This document shows, piece by piece, positions 1 to 7,437 of a stretch of DNA of 64,000 nt. A program made the translations under genes and the position numbers. Source of the stretch: Microvirga sp. (lineage in GTDB: Bacteria > Pseudomonadota > Alphaproteobacteria > Rhizobiales > Beijerinckiaceae). The stretch is from NCBI GenBank assembly GCA_036742625.1, contig DAINQO010000003.1, positions 2,478 to 66,477 of the forward strand, written 5' to 3'. The first letter of the stretch is position 1. Every line of letters begins with the position of its first letter. A model generated the notes under the pieces. It worked only from the letters and a program-made list of their open reading frames with translations. It was not told the origin of the DNA and searched no databases.

Positions 1-249
1 CGCCTGCCCGGTCTGCACCGCGCGCTTGATCTCCGGCGCCTTGAACAGCGAGGCGTTGGCGTGGACGGCGATCTGGAGCTTGCCGCCGGTGGCGTCGGCG
101 ACGTCCTTCGTGAACAGGACAAGGTTCTCGGTATGGGGATTGTCGGCCGGATAAGCGTTCGGCAGATTCCACTTGGTCTGCGCCGCAGCCGGCGCTGCAA
201 GCGCGAGCGCACCGGTCAGGGCAAGCGCGAGGCGGGTGATGGGTTTCAT
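1..249 (-). CDS. dctP: TRAP transporter substrate-binding subunit (DctP family), N-terminal 83 codons only; the rest runs off the window
   Basis: Not in the ORF track because it is truncated. Reverse complement of 1-249 reads MKPITRLALALTGALALAAPAAAQTKWNLPNAYPADNPHTENLVLFTKDVADATGGKLQIAVHANASLFKAPEIKRAVQTGQA, i.e. a signal peptide plus a DctP-like start. GGGAGAA (revcomp of 259-265) lies upstream of the ATG. It follows dctQ-dctM on the same strand. Confidence 0.75.
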   Translation of the reverse strand, partial: MKPITRLALALTGALALAAPAAAQTKWNLPNAYPADNPHTENLVLFTKDVADATGGKLQIAVHANASLFKAPEIKRAVQTGQA

Positions 250-287
250 AGGTCGAAGTTCTCCCTGGGTTCGTTCGTGGCCTGACA

Positions 288-1595
288 CTAATCGGGAAAA
301 GCGAGCTTGGGGAGCACCATCACGATCCAGGGCCAGACCGTGATGATGGCGACCGCCGCGACGAGGAGGAAGAAGAACGGCAGCGCCGCAAGCGCGACGG
401 TGTTTGAATCCTTGCCGCTCATGGTCTGCAGCACGAAGAGATTGAAGCCGACCGGCGGCGAGACCTCAGCCATCTCGACGACGAGCACGAGGAATATGCC
501 GAACCAGACGAGGTCGAAGCCAGCCTGCTTGATCATCGGAATGACGACCGCGGTCGTCAGCACGATCATCGAGATGCCGTCGAGCGCCGTGCCGAGGATG
601 ATGTACATCACGGTGAGCGCCGCGATCAGCGCGTAGGGCGAGAGGTGCAGCGCGTCGACCCAGGCGGCGAGCGCCAGCGGGATGCCGGTGTAGGCCATCG
701 AGGTCGACATGAACGACGCGCCGGCAAGGATCAGCATGATCATGCAGGTGATGCGCGTCGTGCCCATGACGCTGTGCCAGAACGCGTCCCAGGTCAGCGT
801 TCCGGACCACCACGCGATGGCGAACGAGCCGAGCACGCCCCAGGCGGCGCATTCGGTCGCGGTCGCCCAGCCGAGGAGCAGGGTCACGAAGACGAGCAGG
901 ATGAGGAGCGTGCACGGGATGAGGTTCGCCGACTCGCGGAGCTTCTCGCGCAGGGTCATCGGCGGCTCGGGCGGCGGCTGCTTTCCCGGGTTCAGCAGCG
1001 CCCAGACGATGATGTAGCCGGAGTAGAGCGCCATCACGAGAAGGCCCGGCAGGAAGCCGGCGAGGAAGATCTGGATGATCGAGACGTTCGCCGCGACGGC
1101 GTAGACCACCATGGTGATCGAAGGCGGGATGAGGATGCCGAGCGTGCCGGCGCCGGCGAGCGAGCCGAGGCTCACGGTGTCGTCGTAGCCGCGCTTCTTC
1201 AGCTCCGGCAGGGCGATCTTGGCGACGGTCGCGCAGGTCGCGGCCGACGAGCCGGAGACCGAGCCGAAGATGCCGCAGGCGAGCACGTTCACGTGCATGA
1301 GGCGGCCGGGCAGCCAGTTGAGCCAGGGCGACAGACCGCGGAACATCTCCTCCGAGAGCCTGGTGCGGAAGAGGATCTCGCCCATCCAGATGAACAGCGG
1401 CAGCGCGGCGAGCGTCCAGGAGGCCGAGTTGCCCCAGATCGTCGTCGCGAGCACCGATCCGGCCGGGATGTTGCCGCCGACGAACTGCATGCCGACCCAG
1501 CCGCAGGCCATCAGGCTGATCGCAATCCAGACGCCGCCGGCGAGGAGCCCCGTGAGCAGGAGCAGGATCAGCACCGAGATCTGGATCATGTCCAT
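288..1595 (-). CDS. dctM: TRAP transporter large permease subunit (DctM family)
   Basis: 435-aa polytopic membrane ORF with typical DctM sequence (…GNSASWTLAALPLFIWMGEILF…). A 4-nt gap separates it from the upstream small permease. Confidence 0.9.
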   Translation of the reverse strand: MDMIQISVLILLLLTGLLAGGVWIAISLMACGWVGMQFVGGNIPAGSVLATTIWGNSASWTLAALPLFIWMGEILFRTRLSEEMFRGLSPWLNWLPGRLMHVNVLACGIFGSVSGSSAATCATVAKIALPELKKRGYDDTVSLGSLAGAGTLGILIPPSITMVVYAVAANVSIIQIFLAGFLPGLLVMALYSGYIIVWALLNPGKQPPPEPPMTLREKLRESANLIPCTLLILLVFVTLLLGWATATECAAWGVLGSFAIAWWSGTLTWDAFWHSVMGTTRITCMIMLILAGASFMSTSMAYTGIPLALAAWVDALHLSPYALIAALTVMYIILGTALDGISMIVLTTAVVIPMIKQAGFDLVWFGIFLVLVVEMAEVSPPVGFNLFVLQTMSGKDSNTVALAALPFFFLLVAAVAIITVWPWIVMVLPKLAFPD

Positions 1596-1598
1596 CGG

Positions 1599-2144
1599 TC
1601 AGACCCCGCTCTCGATCGCGCGCTCGATGACTTCCTCGGCGCTCGCGGGCGGCGGTTTCTCGTAGCGCGGCTCGCCGCCTTGGACGACGTGGACGAACTC
1701 GTCGACGAAGGCGACGAACAGGATGACGAGGCCGCCCGAATAGCCGAGCTGCGGGATCCACAACGGCATCGCGACGACGCCCTGCGCCATGTCGTTGAAG
1801 CGCCAGGAATCATAGGTCAGCTGCACCGCATGCCAGGCGAAGAAGCCGACGAAGCCGACCCCGAGGACGAGCGAGAACATCTCGAAATACCAGCGCGAGC
1901 GGCCGCGGAAATGATCGATCAGAAGCCCGACCCGGATCATGTCGCCGGACTTGAACGTGTGCGCGAGGCCGAGGAAGGCCATCGCGGCCATGCACCAGGA
2001 GGCGAAATCGTCGCCGGCCGGGATGTTCAGGCTGATCTCGCGCCCGATCGACAGCGCCATCATCAGGAGGAAGATGACGACGAGGAACATACCCGCCGCA
2101 TAGCCGGCCCAAAGATAGAGCCCGTCGAGAAAGCGTCGGATCAT
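1599..2144 (-). CDS. dctQ: TRAP transporter small permease subunit (DctQ family)
   Basis: Track ORF 1599..2258 trimmed to the internal ATG at 2144 (MIRRFLDGLYLWAGYAAGMFLVVIFLL…). About 180 aa with 4 TM segments, immediately upstream of dctM. Confidence 0.8.
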   Translation of the reverse strand: MIRRFLDGLYLWAGYAAGMFLVVIFLLMMALSIGREISLNIPAGDDFASWCMAAMAFLGLAHTFKSGDMIRVGLLIDHFRGRSRWYFEMFSLVLGVGFVGFFAWHAVQLTYDSWRFNDMAQGVVAMPLWIPQLGYSGGLVILFVAFVDEFVHVVQGGEPRYEKPPPASAEEVIERAIESGV

Positions 2145-2278
2145 GCGGCCCCCTTGCCGTTCGGACGACCTTAAGGTCAGCCGCCGGAAGCGCAAGCAAG
2201 CCTTGTGCGAGAGACGCCGCCCGGCCCGACGCGCTATGATCCGACGCTCCGCGACCACGCTTCGCCTCGGGAAACGCC

Positions 2279-2692
2279 ATGCTGACCGCTCACGCCGACA
2301 TCGACGTGACCGCGGCGGAGCCCGCCATCGCGTTCTACTGCGACGGCCTCGGGCTTAGCGTGAAGCGGCGCCTGAGCCGGACCTGGATCGAGCTCGAAGG
2401 CGCCAACCTGCCGATCTTCCTTCTCGCCGAGCGCCCGCCCTACGCCGATCTCGGGTCGAGGCAGGTGCCGCGCAGCTTCGAGCGCCATTGGACGCCGGTC
2501 CATCTCGACTTCATCGTCGCCGATCTCGACGCCGCGGTGGCGCGGCTCGTCGCCTTGGGCGGCTCGCTCGACCGCGCCATCGCTGCCCGCGACTACGGCC
2601 GCATCGCCTACATGGCAGACCCGTTCGGCAACGGCTTCGATCTGATCGAGTTCTCCGGCGCGGGCTACGACGGTATCGCGCGCCGAACCTGA
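2279..2692 (+). CDS. VOC / glyoxalase-bleomycin-resistance family protein
   Basis: 137-aa ORF with glyoxalase-fold hallmarks (AIAFYCDGLGL…, …MADPFGNGFDLIEF). Divergent from dctQ. Confidence 0.7.
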   Translation: MLTAHADIDVTAAEPAIAFYCDGLGLSVKRRLSRTWIELEGANLPIFLLAERPPYADLGSRQVPRSFERHWTPVHLDFIVADLDAAVARLVALGGSLDRAIAARDYGRIAYMADPFGNGFDLIEFSGAGYDGIARRT

Positions 2693-2854
2693 GGCACTGC
2701 GGCCTGCGACCTCCTACCCAACGCCGGGCTCCCGCCGCAGGTGGACGGGCGGGGGCAAGGCGGCGTTCGCGAGACCGATGTCTCCGATCCCTGCCGAAAT
2801 GGCGCTATACGCAGGGGGGCGCGGCGCGAGGGCGCGCCACCGAGGAGCGCATCG

Positions 2855-3646
2855 ATGTCCGCAATGCTTGCCCGCATCCTCAAAGACCCGCGTACCGAGC
2901 GCGTGGTGCTCGGCCTCATCATCTTCAACGCGGTGACGCTAGGCCTCGAGACGAGCCCGAGCGTGATGGCGCGGCACGGGGCGCTGCTCCATGCTCTCGA
3001 CCGGGCGGTCCTGACGGTGTTCGTCGTCGAACTCACGGCGCGGATTTACGTCTTCCGCTGGCACTTCTTCCGCGACCCATGGAGCTTGTTCGACCTGATC
3101 GTGGTCGGCATCGCGCTCGTCCCGGCGACGGGCTCGCTCTCGGTGCTGCGGTCGCTGCGCATCCTGAGGGTGCTGCGCCTCGTCACGGCGGTGCCGTCGC
3201 TGAAGCGGGTGGTCGGCGGGCTCGTCACGGCGCTGCCCGGGATGGGCTCGATCCTGCTCCTGCTTCTCCTCATCTTCTACGTCTTCTCGGTCATGGCCGC
3301 GAAGCTGTTCGGCGCGACGAGCCCGGAGCTGTTCGGACATTTCGGCGCCGCCGCCTACACCCTGTTCCAGGTCATGACCTTCGACGACTGGTCGGCCGGA
3401 ATCGTGAAACCGCTGATGGCGGAGCATCCCTGGGCCTGGCTGTTCTTCGTCGTCTTCATCCTGCTCTCGACCTTCATGGTCCTGAACCTGTTCATCGGCG
3501 TCGTGGTGAGCGCCCTCGACGAGGAGACCGCCAGGGACGCGCCGAAGCTGACGCACCCGGCGGGAAGCGAGGAGCGCGTCCTTGCCGAGCTCGCCGCGCT
3601 CAGAGCCGACATCGCGGCGCTGCGCGAGGAGAAGGCGCAGGCTTGA
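2855..3646 (+). CDS. Voltage-gated ion channel, bacterial NaChBac/BacNaV family (6TM, single domain)
   Basis: Track ORF 2741..3646 trimmed to ATG 2855 (MSAMLARILKD…). S4 carries Arg every third residue (SVLRSLRILRVLRLV). Pore is YTLFQVMTFDDWSAGIVKPLM. C-terminal heptad-like tail is LAELAALRADIAALREEKAQA. Confidence 0.85.
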   Translation: MSAMLARILKDPRTERVVLGLIIFNAVTLGLETSPSVMARHGALLHALDRAVLTVFVVELTARIYVFRWHFFRDPWSLFDLIVVGIALVPATGSLSVLRSLRILRVLRLVTAVPSLKRVVGGLVTALPGMGSILLLLLLIFYVFSVMAAKLFGATSPELFGHFGAAAYTLFQVMTFDDWSAGIVKPLMAEHPWAWLFFVVFILLSTFMVLNLFIGVVVSALDEETARDAPKLTHPAGSEERVLAELAALRADIAALREEKAQA

Positions 3647-3753
3647 GGGGCGGCGAGGCTCCCGAGCCGCGAGCGCACGCTCGACAGCCCTCGCGGCCGC
3701 GCCGCACCCGAGCTGCGACCTCCTGTCCTGGCGGATCGGCACTCTTCGTGCTA

Positions 3754-3768
3754 GAACAAAACAGGAAC
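3754..3768 (+). promoter_or_regulatory. Candidate alphaproteobacterial LexA (SOS) box, GAAC-N7-GAAC
   Basis: GAACaaaacagGAAC at 3754-3768, ending 17 nt upstream of the ATG (3786) of the radical-SAM gene. It matches the direct-repeat GAAC-N7-GAAC / GTTC-N7-GTTC operator described for Rhizobium, Rhodobacter and Caulobacter LexA. Confidence 0.6.
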
Positions 3769-3785
3769 TCAGGCGTTCATGGCTT

Positions 3786-4994
3786 ATGGACGAGAAGCTG
3801 GCGACGAAGCTGCGCATCCTGGCGGACGCCGCGAAATACGACGCCTCCTGCGCCTCCTCCGGGGCGCCGAAGCGCGCCGCCGGCAGGGACGGGCTCGGCT
3901 CGACCTCGAACGGCATCTGCCATGCCTACACGCCGGACGGGCGTTGCGTGTCGCTGCTCAAGATCCTGCTCACCAACTACTGCCTCTACGATTGCGCCTA
4001 CTGCATCAACCGGCGCTCCTCGAACGTGCCGCGGGCACGCTTTGCCGTGCAGGAGGTCGTCGACCTGACGATCGCCTTCTACAAGCGCAACTACATCGAG
4101 GGGCTGTTCCTCTCCTCGGGCATCGTCCGCGACGCCGACCACACGATGGAACAGCTTCTGCTCGTCGCGAAGACGCTCCGCCGCGAGCACGGCTTTGAAG
4201 GCTACATCCACCTCAAGACCATCCCCGAGGCGAGCCCGTGGCTCATCGAGCAGGCGGGCTTGTGGGCCGACCGGCTCTCGATCAATCTCGAGCTGCCGAC
4301 GGATGCGAGCCTGCGGCGCCTGGCGCCGGAGAAGGATGCCGGCTCGATCGGACGCGCCATGGGCCGGATGCGCGAGCGCATCGACGAAGCGCGCGCCGAA
4401 GGCCGGCGCTTCTCGCCCGCCGGGCAGTCGACGCAGCTCGTCGTCGGGGCCGACGAGGCAAGCGACGAGACGGTGCTGCGCAAGAGCGCCTCGCTCTATC
4501 GCGACTACGATCTCAAGCGCATCTACTATTCGGGCTTCAGCCCGATCCCGGACGCAAGCCGGGCCCTCCCCGCGACGGCGCCGCCGCTCCGGCGCGAGCA
4601 CCGGCTCTACCAAGCCGATTGGCTGATGCGGAACTACGCCTTCGCCATCGATGAGGTCGCGGCGGCGACCGATGGCGGCATGCTGCCGCTCGACATCGAC
4701 CCGAAGCTCGCCTGGGCGCTCAAGCATCGCGACCGTTTCCCGGTCGACGTCAACACCGCCGAGCGCGAGATGCTGCTGCGCGTTCCGGGCCTCGGCACCC
4801 GCGCCGTCGAGCGCATCGTCGCGGCGCGCCGGCATTGCCGGTTGCGCCTCGACGACGTCGCCCGCGTCACCGCGAGCCTCAAGCGCGCGCGCCCGTTCCT
4901 GATCGCGGCGGACCACCGCCCGATCGGGCTCACGGACCGGGCCGACCTGCGCCAGCGCCTCGCCGTGCCGCCGAAGCAGCTGAGCCTGTTCTGA
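3786..4994 (+). CDS. Putative DNA modification/repair radical SAM protein (the UDG-linked rSAM family)
   Basis: Track ORF 3582..4994 trimmed to ATG 3786 (MDEKLATKLRILADAAKYDASC…). Cx3Cx2C cluster CLYDCAYC at 3981-4004. C-terminal helix-hairpin-helix (LLRVPGLGTRAVERIVAAR). Its stop overlaps the next start (TGATG at 4992-4996). Confidence 0.85.
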   Translation: MDEKLATKLRILADAAKYDASCASSGAPKRAAGRDGLGSTSNGICHAYTPDGRCVSLLKILLTNYCLYDCAYCINRRSSNVPRARFAVQEVVDLTIAFYKRNYIEGLFLSSGIVRDADHTMEQLLLVAKTLRREHGFEGYIHLKTIPEASPWLIEQAGLWADRLSINLELPTDASLRRLAPEKDAGSIGRAMGRMRERIDEARAEGRRFSPAGQSTQLVVGADEASDETVLRKSASLYRDYDLKRIYYSGFSPIPDASRALPATAPPLRREHRLYQADWLMRNYAFAIDEVAAATDGGMLPLDIDPKLAWALKHRDRFPVDVNTAEREMLLRVPGLGTRAVERIVAARRHCRLRLDDVARVTASLKRARPFLIAADHRPIGLTDRADLRQRLAVPPKQLSLF

Positions 4995-6454
4995 TGCGCA
5001 CGATCCATCTCGCCGAAGGCGCCGATCTCGACGGCTTCCGCCATGCCGTGCGGGCGCTCGTCGCAGAGGGCGTTCCGCCGGACGAGGTCGCGTGGTCGCT
5101 GGCGAGCGCCGCGGGCCTCTTCGCTGCCGTCGCCCCGGGGCTCGCCGACGGCGAGAACCCGGAACCCACGAGCCCAGCGCCGCTCCGCCTCCCCCGCGCC
5201 GTCGCGACCCTCATCGAGAGCATCGTCTGCCACCGCGATCCGGAGCGCTACGCGCTTCTGTACCGGCTCGTCTGGCGCGTGCTGCACGGCGAGCGCGCCT
5301 TGCGCGAGGTCGCCTCCGACCCGTTCGTCCACCGCCTGGAGCTCATGGCGAAGGCGGTGCGGCGCGACATCCACAAGATGCATGCCTTCGTGCGCTTCCG
5401 GCGCACCGCCGGCGAGCCGGAGCGCTATGTCACCTTCTTCGAGCCCGAGCATTTCATCCTTGAGGCCGCGGCGCCGTTCTTCGTCGAGCGCTTTCGGGCG
5501 CTTGACTGGTCGATCCTGACCCCGATCGGCTCGGCGCACTGGAACGGCGAGCGCTTGGCCTTCGGCCTGCCCGGCTGCCGCGCCGACGCGCCGGGGGAGG
5601 ACGCGTTCGAAGCCGGCTGGCGCGGCTATTACGAGAGCACCTTCAACCCGGCCCGGGTGAACCCCGATCTCATGCGGGCGCACATGCCGAAGAAGTACTG
5701 GCAGAACCTGCCCGAGACCGCGGCGATTCCGGGCCTCGTCCGAAGTGCCGCCTCGCGCGTTTCCTCGATGCTGGAGCAGGAGCCGACGATGCCGACGAAA
5801 CGCACCCCGGAGAAGGCGCTCGAGGCGATGCGCGACCGCGAGATCAAGTCGCTGGCGCAGCTCAACAGGCTCCTGAAAGGCTCGGAGCCGCTGGTGAAGG
5901 GAGCGACCCAGGCGGTCCCCGGCGAGGGCCCGGAGGACGCCGAGATCGTGTTCGTCGGCGAGCAGCCGGGCGACCAGGAGGATCTGCAGGGCCGGCCCTT
6001 CGTCGGCCCGGCCGGCAAGGTCTTCGACCGCGCGCTCGGCGACGCCGGGCTCGACCGCGACCGGGTCTATGTCACGAACGCCGTCAAGCACTTCAAGTTC
6101 GAGCAGCGGGGCAAGCGCCGCATCCACGGCAAGCCGACCGCCGGCGAGGTCAAGCACTATCGCTGGTGGCTCGAGAAGGAGCTCGAGCTCATCCGGCCGA
6201 AGCTCGTGGTGGCGCTCGGCGGCACCGCCGTCCTCGCCATGACCGGCAAGTCGATCCCAATCATCCGCGCCCGCGGCCCGGCACATTTCCCCGACGGCTA
6301 TGACGGCTACATCACCGTCCACCCGTCCTACCTCTTGCGCCTGCCCGACGAGGACGCGAAGGCGCAGGCCTACCGCGCCTTCGTCGCCGATATGGCGCGC
6401 GTGCGCGAGATCGCCGCCGATCACCCGCGCGGACGGGTCGCGGCGGCGGAATGA
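4994..6454 (+). CDS. Fusion protein: DUF4130-like 'probable DNA metabolism' domain + UdgX-type family-4-like uracil-DNA glycosylase domain
   Basis: Track ORF 4835..6454 trimmed to ATG 4994 (MRTIHLAEGADLDGF…), translationally coupled to the rSAM gene. C-terminal domain motifs: GEQPG (5957-5971), PFVGPAG, KRRIH (6113-6127), HPSYLLR (6320-6340). Confidence 0.85.
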   Translation: MRTIHLAEGADLDGFRHAVRALVAEGVPPDEVAWSLASAAGLFAAVAPGLADGENPEPTSPAPLRLPRAVATLIESIVCHRDPERYALLYRLVWRVLHGERALREVASDPFVHRLELMAKAVRRDIHKMHAFVRFRRTAGEPERYVTFFEPEHFILEAAAPFFVERFRALDWSILTPIGSAHWNGERLAFGLPGCRADAPGEDAFEAGWRGYYESTFNPARVNPDLMRAHMPKKYWQNLPETAAIPGLVRSAASRVSSMLEQEPTMPTKRTPEKALEAMRDREIKSLAQLNRLLKGSEPLVKGATQAVPGEGPEDAEIVFVGEQPGDQEDLQGRPFVGPAGKVFDRALGDAGLDRDRVYVTNAVKHFKFEQRGKRRIHGKPTAGEVKHYRWWLEKELELIRPKLVVALGGTAVLAMTGKSIPIIRARGPAHFPDGYDGYITVHPSYLLRLPDEDAKAQAYRAFVADMARVREIAADHPRGRVAAAE

Positions 6455-6532
6455 GCTGGGCCAAGCCCCTTGTGCGACGCGCAAGAGCTTCTTAGGGTAG
6501 TTTTACCATAAGCATACGGCCGCTGTTCCGTG

Positions 6533-6916
6533 ATGAGTTCACGAAGGCCCGTCGAATGGATGGGCTCCAGCCTTAAAGACATCCGGGGCTTTCCCGAGGA
6601 GGTCAAAGATGTGCTCGGCTTTGCGATCGGCCTCGCCCAGGAGGGCGGCAAGCACCCGAATGCGAAGCCGCTCGCCGGGGACAAGGCTTTCAAATCCCGA
6701 GGTGTGCTCGAAGTCGTGGCTGACTTCGACGGGAGCACGTACCGCGCAGTGTACACTGTCCGTTTCGCCGCCGCGATTTATGTCCTGGACGAGTTCCAGA
6801 AGAAGTCCAAGAAGGGCATCGCCACGCCGCGGGCCGACATGGAGCGCATCAAAATGCGATTGAGCACCGCGCAAGCGCACTATGACGCAAGCCACGGAGC
6901 AGAGAAGGCAAGATAA
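6533..6916 (+). CDS. Type II toxin, RelE/ParE superfamily (phage Gp49-like / HigB-like)
   Basis: About 127 aa (GTG 6530 or ATG 6533): …WMGSSLKDIRGFPEEVKDVLGFAIGLAQEGGKHPNAKPL…YRAVYTVRFAAAIYVLDEFQKKSKKG. Toxin-first order, 3-nt gap to an XRE antitoxin. Region is visibly less GC-rich than its flanks. Confidence 0.7.
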   Translation: MSSRRPVEWMGSSLKDIRGFPEEVKDVLGFAIGLAQEGGKHPNAKPLAGDKAFKSRGVLEVVADFDGSTYRAVYTVRFAAAIYVLDEFQKKSKKGIATPRADMERIKMRLSTAQAHYDASHGAEKAR

Positions 6917-6919
6917 GAC

Positions 6920-7249
6920 ATGGCCCAGGACGATCTCACGATTACGCGGGGGAGCGATAATGTCTTCGCCGACATCGGCGTAGCCGACGCGGAGGAGCAC
7001 GCGATCAAGGCGCGGGTCGTGATGCTCATCGGGCATTTGATGCAGCAAAAAGGCCTTTCGCAGACTGCGGCTGCGGCGAGGATCAAGATCTCGCAACCAG
7101 ATCTATCCAAGCTGCTGAGAGGACAGTTCCGCGGGTTCTCGCTCGAGCGCCTGCTCGGCTATGCCAGGGCGCTCGGCGCTGACATCGAAATCAAGGCGAA
7201 GGCGGCGAGAGGCGAGCGGGCGGGGCGCATGCGCTTCGTCGAGGCTTGA
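6920..7249 (+). CDS. XRE-family helix-turn-helix antitoxin (HigA-like)
   Basis: 109 aa. HTH segment KGLSQTAAAARIKISQPDLSKLLRG. Directly downstream of the Gp49-like toxin. Confidence 0.75.
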   Translation: MAQDDLTITRGSDNVFADIGVADAEEHAIKARVVMLIGHLMQQKGLSQTAAAARIKISQPDLSKLLRGQFRGFSLERLLGYARALGADIEIKAKAARGERAGRMRFVEA

Positions 7250-7437
7250 ATGTCCCGGCACGCCGAGCGTGAGATCGATGTGAGCGCCATCCCGACCATC
7301 AAGGCAGCCTGACCCGAAGCGCGCCCGGCGCCAATCCTTAACCACCCCTTAAACCGCCGCATTTAGCGTGCCCGTCGGCGCCTTCGTGAAAGGCCGGGCG
7401 AACCGGCGCTTGAGCCAAGGCGCGTGGGGACTTTTCG

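Noticed and set aside
61-285. A 74-aa plus-strand ORF at the left edge.
   Set aside because: It lies antisense to a clear DctP-type signal peptide and N-terminus (1-249, minus strand) that completes the dctQ-dctM-dctP operon.
4634-6484. Other long antisense or out-of-frame ORFs: 4634..6484, 7363..8883, 9836..10894, 13276..14652, 28851..29849, 29969..30883, 44466..46979, 47830..49245, 54516..56480, 57148..58356, 58691..60409, 60857..62095. Also many Arg/Pro-rich ORFs such as 466..1761, 645..2174 and 2488..4068.
   Set aside because: Each of the long antisense ORFs is offset from the recognisable gene on the other strand by a multiple of 3, which is the same codon-register artefact as above. 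All have Arg/Gly/Ala/Pro-dominated low-complexity translations. The overlapping partner in each case has clear family motifs.
6496-6507. The small palindrome ggta-gttt-tacc upstream of the toxin gene as a possible HigA operator.
   Set aside because: It has only 4-bp arms, which is too short to distinguish from chance without comparative or binding data.
6455-7437. The TA islet as part of a prophage or integrative element.
   Set aside because: No integrase, phage structural genes, tRNA target or flanking direct repeats are visible. Only the two-gene cassette differs in composition.
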